Below are positions 49,076 to 58,954 of a DNA stretch of 64,000 nt, piece after piece. The translations under genes and the position numbers were made by a program. Each line of letters opens with the position of its first letter. The first letter of the stretch is position 1. The notes below the pieces were generated by a model. That model was not told where the DNA came from, did no database searches, and was given only the letters and a program-made list of their open reading frames with translations. Source of the stretch: Longimicrobiales bacterium. GTDB taxonomy: Bacteria; Gemmatimonadota; Gemmatimonadetes; Longimicrobiales; Gaopeijiaceae. The stretch is from assembly GCA_041690395.1 (NCBI GenBank), contig JAWLHJ010000002.1, positions 324,707 through 388,706 of the forward strand, given 5' to 3'.

Positions 49076-49918
49076 TCAGCAGACCAGACACACCGGCGGC
49101 GGCGCCCGGCCGGTTCGCGCGAGCGTCATCGCATAGGGGTACGTGTAGAGGTGGACCTGCCCCAGTGCGTTGTACCACTCGACGCGGTAGAGGTCGACCG
49201 GGCGGTAGACGCTGAGGGTGAACGCGGGAGCAGCGACGTCGATGTCATCGATGAACACCCGCAACAGGCGCGGCCGCCCACGCGCGAAGATGCATCCATG
49301 CTCGGGGCCCGAGTCTTCGAAGAGGTTGATGGTCCCGCCGCCGATGTCGCCGCCGGGGCCCCCACCGCCCTGCCCTGGACACTGCACGGTGCGGACACCG
49401 TACTCGTCCCTGAGCAACTCGAGGATCGAGGGGGCACTCGTCATCTCGAGGCGGGCGCGCTGCGTCACGTCGCCGGACACGCCCACCCGGTTCGACCGCG
49501 CGGTGAAGCTGCGGTCCAGGGCCGCCAGCGAGGTCTCGGCCACCGTACCCGTGGTCTCCGTCGTCACGTCGAGCCCCTCGAGCTCGAACGGTGCGGGTGC
49601 CAGCCCGACCACGAGCGCATATCCCTCCGCCACGACGGAGCGCTCCACGTTGTCGAAGTACCCGAACGCTCCGGTTCGGAACGTCCAGCGACCCTCCATG
49701 ACGTCGTCGATCCGGAACTGTCCCAACGAGTCGGTCGTCGCCCGACGGTTGAGCTCGACCACCGATACCGTGGCGCCCGCCACGGGCTCGTCGGTCCCCA
49801 CGTCCGTGACCACGCCCATAAGCTCGAAGCGGCCGCGCTCCGACAGGTCCTGTGCGGATACGAAATGGGGAAGGACCGCGAGCAACCCGAGTATCAGGGA
49901 AGCCGTCAGTCGAAACAT
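49076..49918 (-). CDS. Exported protein with carboxypeptidase-regulatory-like domain and plug-like region
   Basis: Signal peptide; G.VTD..T.EPVAGATV...TDSLGQF...FGY...L.GLDVT; Cys pairs. Confidence 0.7.
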   Translation of the reverse strand: MFRLTASLILGLLAVLPHFVSAQDLSERGRFELMGVVTDVGTDEPVAGATVSVVELNRRATTDSLGQFRIDDVMEGRWTFRTGAFGYFDNVERSVVAEGYALVVGLAPAPFELEGLDVTTETTGTVAETSLAALDRSFTARSNRVGVSGDVTQRARLEMTSAPSILELLRDEYGVRTVQCPGQGGGGPGGDIGGGTINLFEDSGPEHGCIFARGRPRLLRVFIDDIDVAAPAFTLSVYRPVDLYRVEWYNALGQVHLYTYPYAMTLARTGRAPPPVCLVC

Positions 49919-50089
49919 GGGCGCGCCTCCTGCCGAGTAGACCGATGTCGAACAGTAGGACGGGAGCGCGTAGGCAGCAAACACGGAATAGCTGCCCAGC
50001 CATTCGGGGGCGCCTCGGCCGATCCGCAGCGTAGCCATACCGGTGGCACCCGTTCTTCGTCAGTGCCACCGGACACGTACATTCCCTCC

Positions 50090-50716
50090 GTGACCCTCAT
50101 CCAGTTCTTCGACCTTCTCGGCGTCGCCGTGTTCGCCGTGAGCGGTGCGCTCGCCGCGGGGCGGAAGCGCTTGGACCTGCTCGGCGTCTTCGTGATCGCG
50201 ATGGTGACCGCCATCGGGGGCGGCACCACGCGCGACGTCCTCCTCGACCGCGCCGTCTTCTGGACCACGCAGCCGCGCTACCTGTACGTCATCGTCGCCT
50301 CCGCGCTCCTCACCGTCGCGTGGACGCGGCGCTTCCGGCCGCCGGACCGCGCCCTGGCCGTCGCGGACGCCCTCGGGCTCGCCTTGTTCGCCATCAGCGG
50401 CGCGCAGATCGCCGAAGGCGTCGGACTCCCGGGCATCGTATGCGTCATCATGGGGACGATCACCGGCGTCGCGGGCGGCATGATCCGCGACGTGCTCACC
50501 ACCGAGATCCCCATGGTCATCCGCCGCGGGCAGATCTACGCGACGGCCGCCATCACGGGCATCACGGTCTACCTCGTGCTCAGGGCGACGCTCGATCTCG
50601 CGGAGCCCGCCGCCGCGCTCGCCGGTATGGTCGTGATCGCGGGCCTCCGGCTGTCGGCCATCGTCTGGGGGTGGACGCTGCCGGTGTTCAGCTTGAGCGA
50701 CCCGGGGGAGCGGTAG
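50090..50716 (+). CDS. Trimeric intracellular cation channel family (UPF0126/YadS-like) protein
   Basis: FAVSGAL.A, TAIGGGTTRD, DALGL..F...GA, TGVAGG.IRD; GTG start. Confidence 0.9.
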   Translation: MTLIQFFDLLGVAVFAVSGALAAGRKRLDLLGVFVIAMVTAIGGGTTRDVLLDRAVFWTTQPRYLYVIVASALLTVAWTRRFRPPDRALAVADALGLALFAISGAQIAEGVGLPGIVCVIMGTITGVAGGMIRDVLTTEIPMVIRRGQIYATAAITGITVYLVLRATLDLAEPAAALAGMVVIAGLRLSAIVWGWTLPVFSLSDPGER

Positions 50717-50797
50717 GAGCGATGTCCCATTCGGCTGCGTTCTTCCGCAGGCCGACGGTGGCCACCCGAGCCGAACCAAGCGACACGGGAGCACACC

Positions 50798-51247
50798 ATG
50801 CAGCTCGCTGAATCCATCGACATCGAGGTCCCACCGGAGCGGGTCTATCGCTTCTTCGAGCGAATGGCCGAGAACTACCTGCGCTGGCATCCCGATCACC
50901 AGGCGTTCCGATGGATGGATGGGCGGGGACTCGCCACCGGATCTCGCTTCCACCTGGAGGAGCGGATCGGGGGCAAGGATCTCGCCCGCACCATGGTGAT
51001 CACGCGCCTGGAAGCGGGCAGGCTCCTCGAGTTCGCTCCCGACCACTGGTTCATCCGGCTCCTCATGCCGCGACTGCGGTTCCGCATGGTGCCCCGCGGC
51101 GCCCGGAACTGTCGGCTCGAAGCCGAGATCCATGTGCGCACCGGCCCCCTGGGGGCGTGGCTGAATCGCAGGGAGTTCGACGCGGTGCGGCGCCACATGC
51201 GCGAGGAGTGCGAGAACCTGAAGGGGATCGTGGAGACCGAGGCATGA
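50798..51247 (+). CDS. SRPBCC (START-like) family protein
   Basis: ESI.IE.PPERVY.FF...Y.RWHP.H; C-terminal HMREE.ENLK helix. Confidence 0.8.
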   Translation: MQLAESIDIEVPPERVYRFFERMAENYLRWHPDHQAFRWMDGRGLATGSRFHLEERIGGKDLARTMVITRLEAGRLLEFAPDHWFIRLLMPRLRFRMVPRGARNCRLEAEIHVRTGPLGAWLNRREFDAVRRHMREECENLKGIVETEA

Positions 51248-51396
51248 TCCGCATCGCGATCCTCACTCAACTACACCGAACTACTGGCATCCCGGCCGTC
51301 CGACCCGTATTCTGAGGCTATTGACATGTCGTCGTGTCGATGATGCCGCCGAATGGCTGCCGTCGATCACGAAATGGCTCGAGCCTGAGGGCTGGT

Positions 51397-53847
51397 ATGA
51401 ATACGTCCGCATCCGCGATGCTCCTGACCGGGCTGCTTCTGGTGGGTCTCACCGGCAGTACCGGCACGGAAGCTCCCGACGATCCGCTCGCCCTGGGTGG
51501 AGCGACGCCCACCTCACCTCGAGCCGAAGCGCCCGACGCGGCCGCAGCCGACGAGATCATCGATCAGTACTGCGTTCGGTGTCACAGCGAGCGGCGCCTG
51601 ACCGGCGGGCTGTCCCTCGAGGGCTTCGACGTGGAAGACGCCGCAAACAGCGCCGACGTCGCGGAGCGCATGATCAAGAAGCTGCGCGCCGGGATGATGC
51701 CTCCGTCGGGCGCGCGGCGGCCCGAGGAAGCGGTGTTGGACGGGCTCGTCCACTCACTCGAGGGGACCCTCGACGAAGCCTGGCAGCGCAACCCGGAGCC
51801 GGGCACGCGCGTCTTCCAGCGACTCAACCAGGCCGAGTACAAGGCCGCGGTCCAGGACCTGCTCGGCATCGAGGTCGACGTCTCCGCCTACCTGCCCCAG
51901 GACACGAAGAGCGCCAACTTCGACAACATCGCCGACGTGCAGATGCCGTCGACGACCGTCATCGAAGGATACCTGAGGGCCGCCGGGCAGATCGCGCGGC
52001 TGGCGCTCGGAAACCCCGAGGCGGAAGTCGACAACACGATGTACGAGATGCCCCGCATCGCGTCGCAGAAGGACCGGGTGGAAGGAGCGCCGCTCGGCAC
52101 GCGTGGAGGCATCTCGGTCGTGCACACCTTCCCCGCCGACGGCAAGTATGTATTCCACGTCATGCCGTACAACGCGGTGGAGGGCGAGGTCTTCGGCCGG
52201 ACCTGGGGTCAGGACCAGCTCGAGATCTCCATCGACGGCGAGCGCGTCGCGCTTCTGTCCATCGACCGTTGGATGCACGAGTCCGAGCCCACGGGGCTGA
52301 ACATCCGGACCGACTCGATTCAGGTCTCGGCCGGACCCCATCGCGTGACGGCGGCCTTCGTCAAGCAGTTCGAGGGAGACCTGGACGACCTCATCCGCCC
52401 CATCGAGCACACCATGGCCGATGGCCAGATCGGCATCGGCTACGGGGTCAGCACGCAGCAGCACCTTCAGCGCGTGACCATTCTCGGCCCGTTCGGCGTG
52501 ACCGGAGTCTCGGACACGCCCACGCGTCGCCGCGTCTTCACCTGCCGGCCCACCGCGCCCGAGGAGGAGCGCCCCTGCGCCGAGCGCATCGTGCGCGACC
52601 TGGCGACCCGCGCCTACCGTCGCGAAGTGAGCGACAGCGACGTCGAAGGGCTGATGTTCTTCTATGACGAGGGCGCCGCGACGCGCGGCTTCGAGGGAGG
52701 CATCCGCACCGCACTCCAGGCGACCCTGGCGAGCCCGCACTTCGTGTTCCGGATGGAAGAGGCACCGAGCGACGTCGAGCCGGGGGAGATCTACGAGATC
52801 AGGGACGCGGATCTCGCCTCGCGACTGTCGTTCTTCCTGTGGGGCGCTCCGCCGGACGACGAGCTGATCCGCCTGGCCGATCAGGGCGACCTGACGAACG
52901 ACGACGAGCTGGAGCGTCAGGTCCGCCGGATGCTCGAGGACCCACGCGCCGAAGCGCTCGCGACGCGCTTCGCCGCCCAATGGCTCCGGCTGCAGGATCT
53001 GGACAAGATCCGCCCGGACGCCCTGAGCTACCCGTACTACGACCAGACGCTCGCCGAGGCGATGCACCGGGAAACCGAGCTGTTGTTCGACCACATTCGT
53101 GAAGACAACCGGCCCATCACCGACCTTCTGACGGCGGACTACACCTTCGTCAACGAGCGGCTGGCCCGTCACTACGGGATTCCCGGCGTGCTCGGTCCGG
53201 ACTTCCGCCGCGTGGAGTATCCCGACGATCGGCGGCGGGGCCTCCTCGGCCACGGCAGCATCCTGACGCTGACGTCGCACGCGAACCGCACGTCGCCGGT
53301 GCTGCGCGGCAAATGGGTCATGGAGGTTCTCCTCGGAACGCCGCCCCCGCCCCCGCCCCCGAACGTGCCGGAGCTCGAAGCGACGGACGCCGCCGAGGAA
53401 GGACGGTTCCTGACGGTTCGTGAGCGGATGGAGCAGCACCGGGCCAATCCGGCGTGCTCGTCCTGCCACAACGTCATCGATCCCATCGGGCTCGCGTTCG
53501 AGAACTTCGACGTCACCGGTGCCTGGCGCGCCCGCGACGGAGGCAGTCCCGTGGACACGAAGTCGGAGCTGTACGACGGCACGCCCATCGAGGGCGTGGA
53601 CGGGCTACGCGCCGCGCTCCTCCGCCGGCCCGAAGTCTTCTACCGCGTCTTCACCGAGAACATGATGGCGTACGGACTCGGTCGGCGGGTGGAGTACTTC
53701 GACCAGCCCGCCATTCGTGAGATCACCCGCGCGGCCGCCGAGCAGGATCACCGTCTCTCGGCCTACGTCCTCGGCGTGGTGACCACACCCGCGTTCCGGA
53801 CCAGCCGTGCGGGTCAGCCCGCGGTTACGACAGAGCAAGCCAACTGA
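51397..53847 (+). CDS. DUF1592/DUF1588/DUF1587/DUF1595/DUF1585 planctomycete-type cytochrome c domain protein
   Basis: CVRCH and CSSCH heme motifs; KKLRAGMMPP, RLN..EY...V.DLLG, LASRLSFFLW..PPD, RTSPVLRGKW, DPIGLAFENFD..G.WR; start may be 51340. Confidence 0.9.
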   Translation: MNTSASAMLLTGLLLVGLTGSTGTEAPDDPLALGGATPTSPRAEAPDAAAADEIIDQYCVRCHSERRLTGGLSLEGFDVEDAANSADVAERMIKKLRAGMMPPSGARRPEEAVLDGLVHSLEGTLDEAWQRNPEPGTRVFQRLNQAEYKAAVQDLLGIEVDVSAYLPQDTKSANFDNIADVQMPSTTVIEGYLRAAGQIARLALGNPEAEVDNTMYEMPRIASQKDRVEGAPLGTRGGISVVHTFPADGKYVFHVMPYNAVEGEVFGRTWGQDQLEISIDGERVALLSIDRWMHESEPTGLNIRTDSIQVSAGPHRVTAAFVKQFEGDLDDLIRPIEHTMADGQIGIGYGVSTQQHLQRVTILGPFGVTGVSDTPTRRRVFTCRPTAPEEERPCAERIVRDLATRAYRREVSDSDVEGLMFFYDEGAATRGFEGGIRTALQATLASPHFVFRMEEAPSDVEPGEIYEIRDADLASRLSFFLWGAPPDDELIRLADQGDLTNDDELERQVRRMLEDPRAEALATRFAAQWLRLQDLDKIRPDALSYPYYDQTLAEAMHRETELLFDHIREDNRPITDLLTADYTFVNERLARHYGIPGVLGPDFRRVEYPDDRRRGLLGHGSILTLTSHANRTSPVLRGKWVMEVLLGTPPPPPPPNVPELEATDAAEEGRFLTVRERMEQHRANPACSSCHNVIDPIGLAFENFDVTGAWRARDGGSPVDTKSELYDGTPIEGVDGLRAALLRRPEVFYRVFTENMMAYGLGRRVEYFDQPAIREITRAAAEQDHRLSAYVLGVVTTPAFRTSRAGQPAVTTEQAN

Positions 53848-53874
53848 CACTCCCACCTCGAACGAGGCAGAACG

Positions 53875-55296
53875 ATGGAATACGTGACCGGAAAGCACAT
53901 TTCGAGAAGGGCCATGCTCAAGGGCATGGGCGCGACGGTCGGCTTGCCGCTCCTCGATGCCATGGTGCCGGCCTCCCGTCCCCTGGCCGCGACGGAGGCG
54001 GGTAAGGCGGCGGACAGCACGCGCCTGGTGTGCATCGAGAACGTGCACGGCAGCGCCGGCTCCAACGACCTCGGTGCCACGATGGGTCTGTGGTCGCCCC
54101 ACGACGAGGGCAAGAACTTCGACCTCACGACGAGCAGCATGCTGCCCCTCGAGAAGTACCGGAAGTACCTGACCATCGTCAGCGACACCGACTCGCGCAT
54201 GGCCGACGCGTTCTCGCCGGCGGAGATCGGCGGCGATCATTTCCGCACGGCGGCGGTCTTCCTCACGCAGTCGCATCCCAAGCAGACGCAGGGCTCCGAC
54301 GTGTTCGCCGGCACCTCGTTCGATCAGGTGTACGCGAAGCGCATGGGCGGCGAGACCCCGATTCCGTCCATGCAGCTCACCATCGAGCACGTGGACCAGG
54401 CCGGTGGCTGCGCCTACGGCTATTCGTGTGCCTACACCGACAGCATCAGCTGGGCCTCACCCACCGAGCCGCTCCCCATGATCCGGGACCCGCGCGCGAT
54501 CTTCGAGCAGCTCTTCGGGGCCGGCGGTACCCCGGAGCAGCGGGCGGAGCGCATGGCGACGGACCGGAGCATCCTCGACTGGGTCCGGGGCGAGATGTCC
54601 GGGCTGCGTCGTAACCTCGGCCCCGCCGATCGTCACCGGCTCGACCTGTATACGACGAACATCCGGGAGCTCGAGCAGCGCATCCAGCGCATCGAGGTCC
54701 AGAACGCCAGCGGCGAGGAGCGGGAGATTCCCGAGGCGCCGGTGGGCGTACCGGACGACTTCGCGGAGCACATGCGCCTGATGTTCGACCTCCAGGTCGT
54801 GGCGTTCATGGCGGACACGACCCGCGTCTTCTCGCTGAAGATGGGCCGCGACGCGTCGCCGCGGGTGTACCCGGAAAGCGGATCGGATTCGCCGTTCCAC
54901 GCTGCGTCGCACCACGGCGGCCGCGAGGAGCGGATCCTCGACTTCGCCAAGATCAACACGTACCACGTGTCGATGATTCCGTACTTCCTCGACAAGCTGG
55001 CCGCGGCGGAAGACGGCGACGGGACGCTGCTCGACAAGACCATGGTCCTGTACGGATCGGCGATGGCCGACTCGAACCTGCATAACCACATCCGCTGCCC
55101 CCTCTTCCTGGTCGGCGGAGCGAATGGGCTGCTCGAGGGCGAGAACCACCTGCGGGCGGCCCCGGGCACCCCGATGGCCAACGTCATGCTCAGCCTTCTC
55201 CACAAGCTCGGCGTCGACGACCTCGAGTCGTTCGGCAACAGCAACGGGACGTTCGATTTCTCGAGGAGCACAAATGCCGTCACATCACATCGCTAA
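53875..55296 (+). CDS. DUF1552 (HXXSHH) Tat-exported protein
   Basis: ISRRAMLKG.GA...LPLLDAM.PA Tat leader; GGDH, CAYGYSCAY..SISW, HAASHH, NLHNH. Confidence 0.9.
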   Translation: MEYVTGKHISRRAMLKGMGATVGLPLLDAMVPASRPLAATEAGKAADSTRLVCIENVHGSAGSNDLGATMGLWSPHDEGKNFDLTTSSMLPLEKYRKYLTIVSDTDSRMADAFSPAEIGGDHFRTAAVFLTQSHPKQTQGSDVFAGTSFDQVYAKRMGGETPIPSMQLTIEHVDQAGGCAYGYSCAYTDSISWASPTEPLPMIRDPRAIFEQLFGAGGTPEQRAERMATDRSILDWVRGEMSGLRRNLGPADRHRLDLYTTNIRELEQRIQRIEVQNASGEEREIPEAPVGVPDDFAEHMRLMFDLQVVAFMADTTRVFSLKMGRDASPRVYPESGSDSPFHAASHHGGREERILDFAKINTYHVSMIPYFLDKLAAAEDGDGTLLDKTMVLYGSAMADSNLHNHIRCPLFLVGGANGLLEGENHLRAAPGTPMANVMLSLLHKLGVDDLESFGNSNGTFDFSRSTNAVTSHR

Positions 55297-57124
55297 GAGA
55301 CGCATGGGCCTACGGGCCGCTTCCGTTCTCGGGCTGAGCCTGCTGCTCGGTGGGGCCGCGCCCCTCGAGGCGCCGGTGGAGACGCCTGTCGCGGACGCCG
55401 CCCAGGCGAACGACATGGCACAGGTCCGCGCCCTGCTGCAGCAGGGCGCGGACGTCAACGCCCCGCAGCCGGACGGACTGACGGCACTCCACTGGGCCGC
55501 GGTGAACGGCAGCCAGGAGATCGTGGACGTCCTGCTCTATGCAGGCGCCAGCCTGGAGCCGCGCACCCGTGTGGGTGGATACACCCCGCTGCATCTCGCG
55601 GCCCGCTCGGGCAAGGCGACCATCGTCCGCTCGCTTCTCGAGCGTGGCGCGGAGGTCGACCAATGGACCTCGACCGGCGTGACGGCCCTTCACTTCGCGG
55701 CGCAGGCCAATGACGCCGAGGCGATTCGCGCGCTCGTGGCGCACGGCGCGGATATCAACGCGCTGGACGGCTTCCAGAGCCGGACGCCGCTCGTCTTCGC
55801 GGCGTCGGACAATGCGACGGCAGCCGTCCAGACGCTCCTCGAGTTGGGCGCAGACGCGTCGATCACCACGGCCTTGAAGGACTACGTGGCCATCGCCGAG
55901 CGCGACAGCGAAGAGCGCACCAAGCGTGCCAACGTTCGCGCCGCCCAGACCGGCGAGGAGCCGAGAGGCGACCCGCGGTTCCCTCCCGGGGCGCAGCCCC
56001 AAGGCAACGAGCCGCCGGACAGCACCGAGGCGGAGCCGGCCGAGGAATCCGCCGAGGAGGAGCCGGAAGAAGAGCCAGAAGAGCCCGAGGAACCCACGGT
56101 GAAAGCGCTTTCCTCGGAGGAGCAGATCGGTGTGCAGGGCGGCTTCGCACCGCTCCACTATGCCGCGCGCCAGGGACATATGGAGACGGCCCGGATTCTC
56201 CTCGCCGAAGGAGCGGACATCGACCAGCGCTCCGGCGACCAGTCGAGCCCGCTACTCGTGGCGGTCATCAACGGCAACTACGACCTCGCCATGATGCTCC
56301 TCGAGCGCGGCGCAGACCCGAACCTCGTGAGCGACGACGGGGCGGGCCCCCTGTTCGCGACGTTGAACATCGAGTGGTCGCTCAGGACGTGGTATCCGCA
56401 GCCCCAGATGTTCCGCGTGCAGGAGACCTCGTATCTGGATCTCATGAAGGCCCTGCTCGAGGCGGGTGCGGAGCCCAACCAGCGCACCACCACGCATATC
56501 TGGTATGCTGCGTACAACGCCGGCCGCATGGGCGTGGACTTCACCGGCGCAACGCCCTTCTGGAGAGCGGCGTACGCGACCGACGTCACCGCGATGCGGC
56601 TCCTCGTCGAATACGGGGCCGACCCGAACATCTGGACCACGAAGCTGCCCGAGCGTCGGCGCTTCGTGGATCCCGACGAGGATGAAGAGGAAGAGGAGGA
56701 TCCCTCCGGTCTTCCGCCCGTCGAAGTGGGTGGCAACGCGGTGCACCCCATCCACGCCGCTTCGGGCGTCGGCTTCGGAACGTCGCGCGTCGCGCAGCAG
56801 CACCGCAGCGTCCCGGACGGATGGCTCCCCGCGATGAAGTACTTCGTGGAAGAGCTCGGCATCGATCCGAACCTGCGTGACATGGACGGCTATTCACCGG
56901 TCCATCACTCGGCCGCACGCGGCGACAACGCGACCATCGAGTATCTGGTCTCGCAGGGCGCCGACGTCACGCTCGTCAGCCGACGCGGCCAGACCACGGC
57001 CGACATGGCGAACAGCCCGGAGCAGCGGGCTCAGCCGCATCCCGCGACCATCGCGCTGCTCGAGGGGTTGGGGTCGTTGAACAACCACAACTGTCAGAGC
57101 TGCGGGACGGGCGGCGGGAACTAA
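55274..57124 (+). CDS. Exported ankyrin-repeat protein
   Basis: GAGGAG RBS, signal peptide, multiple G.TALHWAA/G.TPLH.AA repeats, acidic linkers, C-terminal CQSC; overlaps the DUF1552 stop. Confidence 0.9.
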   Translation: MPSHHIAKRRMGLRAASVLGLSLLLGGAAPLEAPVETPVADAAQANDMAQVRALLQQGADVNAPQPDGLTALHWAAVNGSQEIVDVLLYAGASLEPRTRVGGYTPLHLAARSGKATIVRSLLERGAEVDQWTSTGVTALHFAAQANDAEAIRALVAHGADINALDGFQSRTPLVFAASDNATAAVQTLLELGADASITTALKDYVAIAERDSEERTKRANVRAAQTGEEPRGDPRFPPGAQPQGNEPPDSTEAEPAEESAEEEPEEEPEEPEEPTVKALSSEEQIGVQGGFAPLHYAARQGHMETARILLAEGADIDQRSGDQSSPLLVAVINGNYDLAMMLLERGADPNLVSDDGAGPLFATLNIEWSLRTWYPQPQMFRVQETSYLDLMKALLEAGAEPNQRTTTHIWYAAYNAGRMGVDFTGATPFWRAAYATDVTAMRLLVEYGADPNIWTTKLPERRRFVDPDEDEEEEEDPSGLPPVEVGGNAVHPIHAASGVGFGTSRVAQQHRSVPDGWLPAMKYFVEELGIDPNLRDMDGYSPVHHSAARGDNATIEYLVSQGADVTLVSRRGQTTADMANSPEQRAQPHPATIALLEGLGSLNNHNCQSCGTGGGN

Positions 57125-57184
57125 CCCGAACTCGACCTCGGCAGAGGGAGCCGTCGACTGCGAAGGATGCGGTCGGCGGCTCTT

Positions 57185-57706
57185 TCATTTCGTCTTCGGC
57201 GTGATGGCCATGACGAAGGGGCCGCGCTGCCGCAGTTCCGGGCGCGCGAGTCCGGCGTGGTCGTCAACTGGCCCTACAGGGAAGGTCGTGGCTGCGCCGT
57301 GTGGCGGCCTGACCCCAAACACGATCTCTGCGCGATCCCCAACGCTGATTCGATGATCTGCGAACCATCCCTGTCTGACCTCGAGGGCAAACATGACCGG
57401 GCCCTGGGACCACTTCGGGGTCAGGTCCAGGGGCTCGAGTTGCTCGATGCTCAGGATTCGAGACTGAGCGTCCAGGAAGGCCACGTCCAACGGGACATAC
57501 GTATCCTTCATCCAGACCCCCTGGATCTCGGCCCGCGGGAAGACGAACAGCATGCCCGTGCCATCGGGAACGGACTCTCGGAACATCAGACCGCGCTCCC
57601 GCTCCTCGTCCGTTCGAGCGATCTCCGCGCGGATCGTGTCAGAGCCGAACACGACCCATGCGTAGCTGGGTGCCGGCTCCCGCGCCCATCGTTCGGCCAC
57701 GCACAA
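57185..57706 (-). CDS. DUF192 family protein (possibly the frameshifted C-terminal part of the upstream gene)
   Basis: AEIART..ER.RGLMFR....G.GMLFVF, WMKDTYVPLD.AF, ALEV..GWF; no ATG or signal peptide in frame; overlaps upstream ORF by about 68 nt. Confidence 0.7.
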   Translation of the reverse strand: MCVAERWAREPAPSYAWVVFGSDTIRAEIARTDEERERGLMFRESVPDGTGMLFVFPRAEIQGVWMKDTYVPLDVAFLDAQSRILSIEQLEPLDLTPKWSQGPVMFALEVRQGWFADHRISVGDRAEIVFGVRPPHGAATTFPVGPVDDHAGLARPELRQRGPFVMAITPKTK

Positions 57707-58832
57707 ATTCAATGCCCTCGGGTGAGCGCGGCGGATCACCCCGGAAGCTGAGTCCAGTGTTGCACGGCTGCTCGCCCGACGGGAGCAGGTGCCATTCGAC
57801 CCTCGCGGTCCCGAACCGTGCATACGTCATGGGTAGATCCGGGTACGGCCGCGCAGGCCCGGAGTGGCGAAAGAAAAGTCCACGGGACGCGACGAGGTGG
57901 GGCTTAGCATCCGAGCCTCCCTCGTAGGACGCGAACGAGACCGACCCAGCCGCGTTCTCGTCACGGGCAGGAACCTCGAAGCGCCAATCCGCGCTCACGA
58001 ACGCGTCACCAGGGACCAAGCTGATGATGCCCCTCATCGTCGCTCCCCTGCCTTCGCCATTTCCACAGTAGACAAGGGTGGCTCGCCCGTCCGACTCAGA
58101 GGCCACGGCGAAGTCGTGAAGGGCGCCGAACACAGGGCTCGCGAAGTGATACGCATGCGTCCTGTCGAGCTCGGGGTAGGTCCAGGCCAGGTCGCGGCTC
58201 CTTGTCGTGCCGCCGACCACCAGAGGCGGCCACGCGTACCCTTCGTTCCAGATGCGGTCGTCGAGCGAGCGAGGTGTGTGGTCCTCTCCGTGGATGACGC
58301 CGGAGCCACCAGCTGCGATCTGGTTCACGAACCCGGAGTTCGGGATGCGATGCAGGTCCTGCTCCCGTACCGGTCCGCCGTACCGAGAGAGGGAGGCGAA
58401 CCACGCCCGTGACCCGGTCTCTACCGAGTAGCGGGACGCCACCTCCGACCACAGCCTTCGAGCCCGCTCGTCATCCTCGACCGGGCACAGGTCCGGTGCC
58501 TCCACCGTCAAGCCTTCGATGGCGGTCGCCTGGGGCTCGAACCGAATCAGTCCATCGGGCGGGATATCCGCTACCTGGACGATCAGTGTCTCGAAGCCGA
58601 CATGCGTCAGGGTGATGCGCTGCGCTTCGGACCAGCGCTCGAAGGTCAGGTCAGCAAGGCCGTCAGCGGAGGTCGAGGTCGCCCCGATGAGCTCTCCACG
58701 CCCGAGGACGCTGATCTGGACGGCAGGGACAGGGCGTCCGTTCGGGTCCACGACCTGAATGGTCACTTGCGCGGCCAACGGCGAAGAGAGGATCCCCGCC
58801 AGTACCGCCGCGCCCAACAGCCGCGACATCAT
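57639..58832 (-). CDS. Exported hypothetical protein with carboxypeptidase-regulatory-like N-terminal domain
   Basis: Signal peptide; VVD.NGRPV...TS.DG....HVGFE...IEGLTV; 3' end runs into the DUF192 frame. Confidence 0.6.
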   Translation of the reverse strand: MMSRLLGAAVLAGILSSPLAAQVTIQVVDPNGRPVPAVQISVLGRGELIGATSTSADGLADLTFERWSEAQRITLTHVGFETLIVQVADIPPDGLIRFEPQATAIEGLTVEAPDLCPVEDDERARRLWSEVASRYSVETGSRAWFASLSRYGGPVREQDLHRIPNSGFVNQIAAGGSGVIHGEDHTPRSLDDRIWNEGYAWPPLVVGGTTRSRDLAWTYPELDRTHAYHFASPVFGALHDFAVASESDGRATLVYCGNGEGRGATMRGIISLVPGDAFVSADWRFEVPARDENAAGSVSFASYEGGSDAKPHLVASRGLFFRHSGPARPYPDLPMTYARFGTARVEWHLLPSGEQPCNTGLSFRGDPPRSPEGIEFVRGRTMGAGAGTQLRMGRVRL

Positions 58833-58954
58833 GGGTGCCTCCCTGAGATCTCGAGCCGACCTAACCCAGCGTAGGCGCTCATCCTTCCAGAGACCTACGG
58901 AGTTCAACGGTCAGAATACGATGCCAGAACGCTGCAGGCCATGTAGGTTGGATC

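Noticed and set aside
50723..50750. TGTCCC-N17-CGCA before the SRPBCC gene as an ECF42 promoter
   Set aside because: Mismatches in both boxes; not distinguishable from chance.
51335..51364. Second ECF42-like site (TGTCGA...CGTC) before the DUF1592 gene
   Set aside because: Spacer is 20 nt, too long for the ECF42 consensus.
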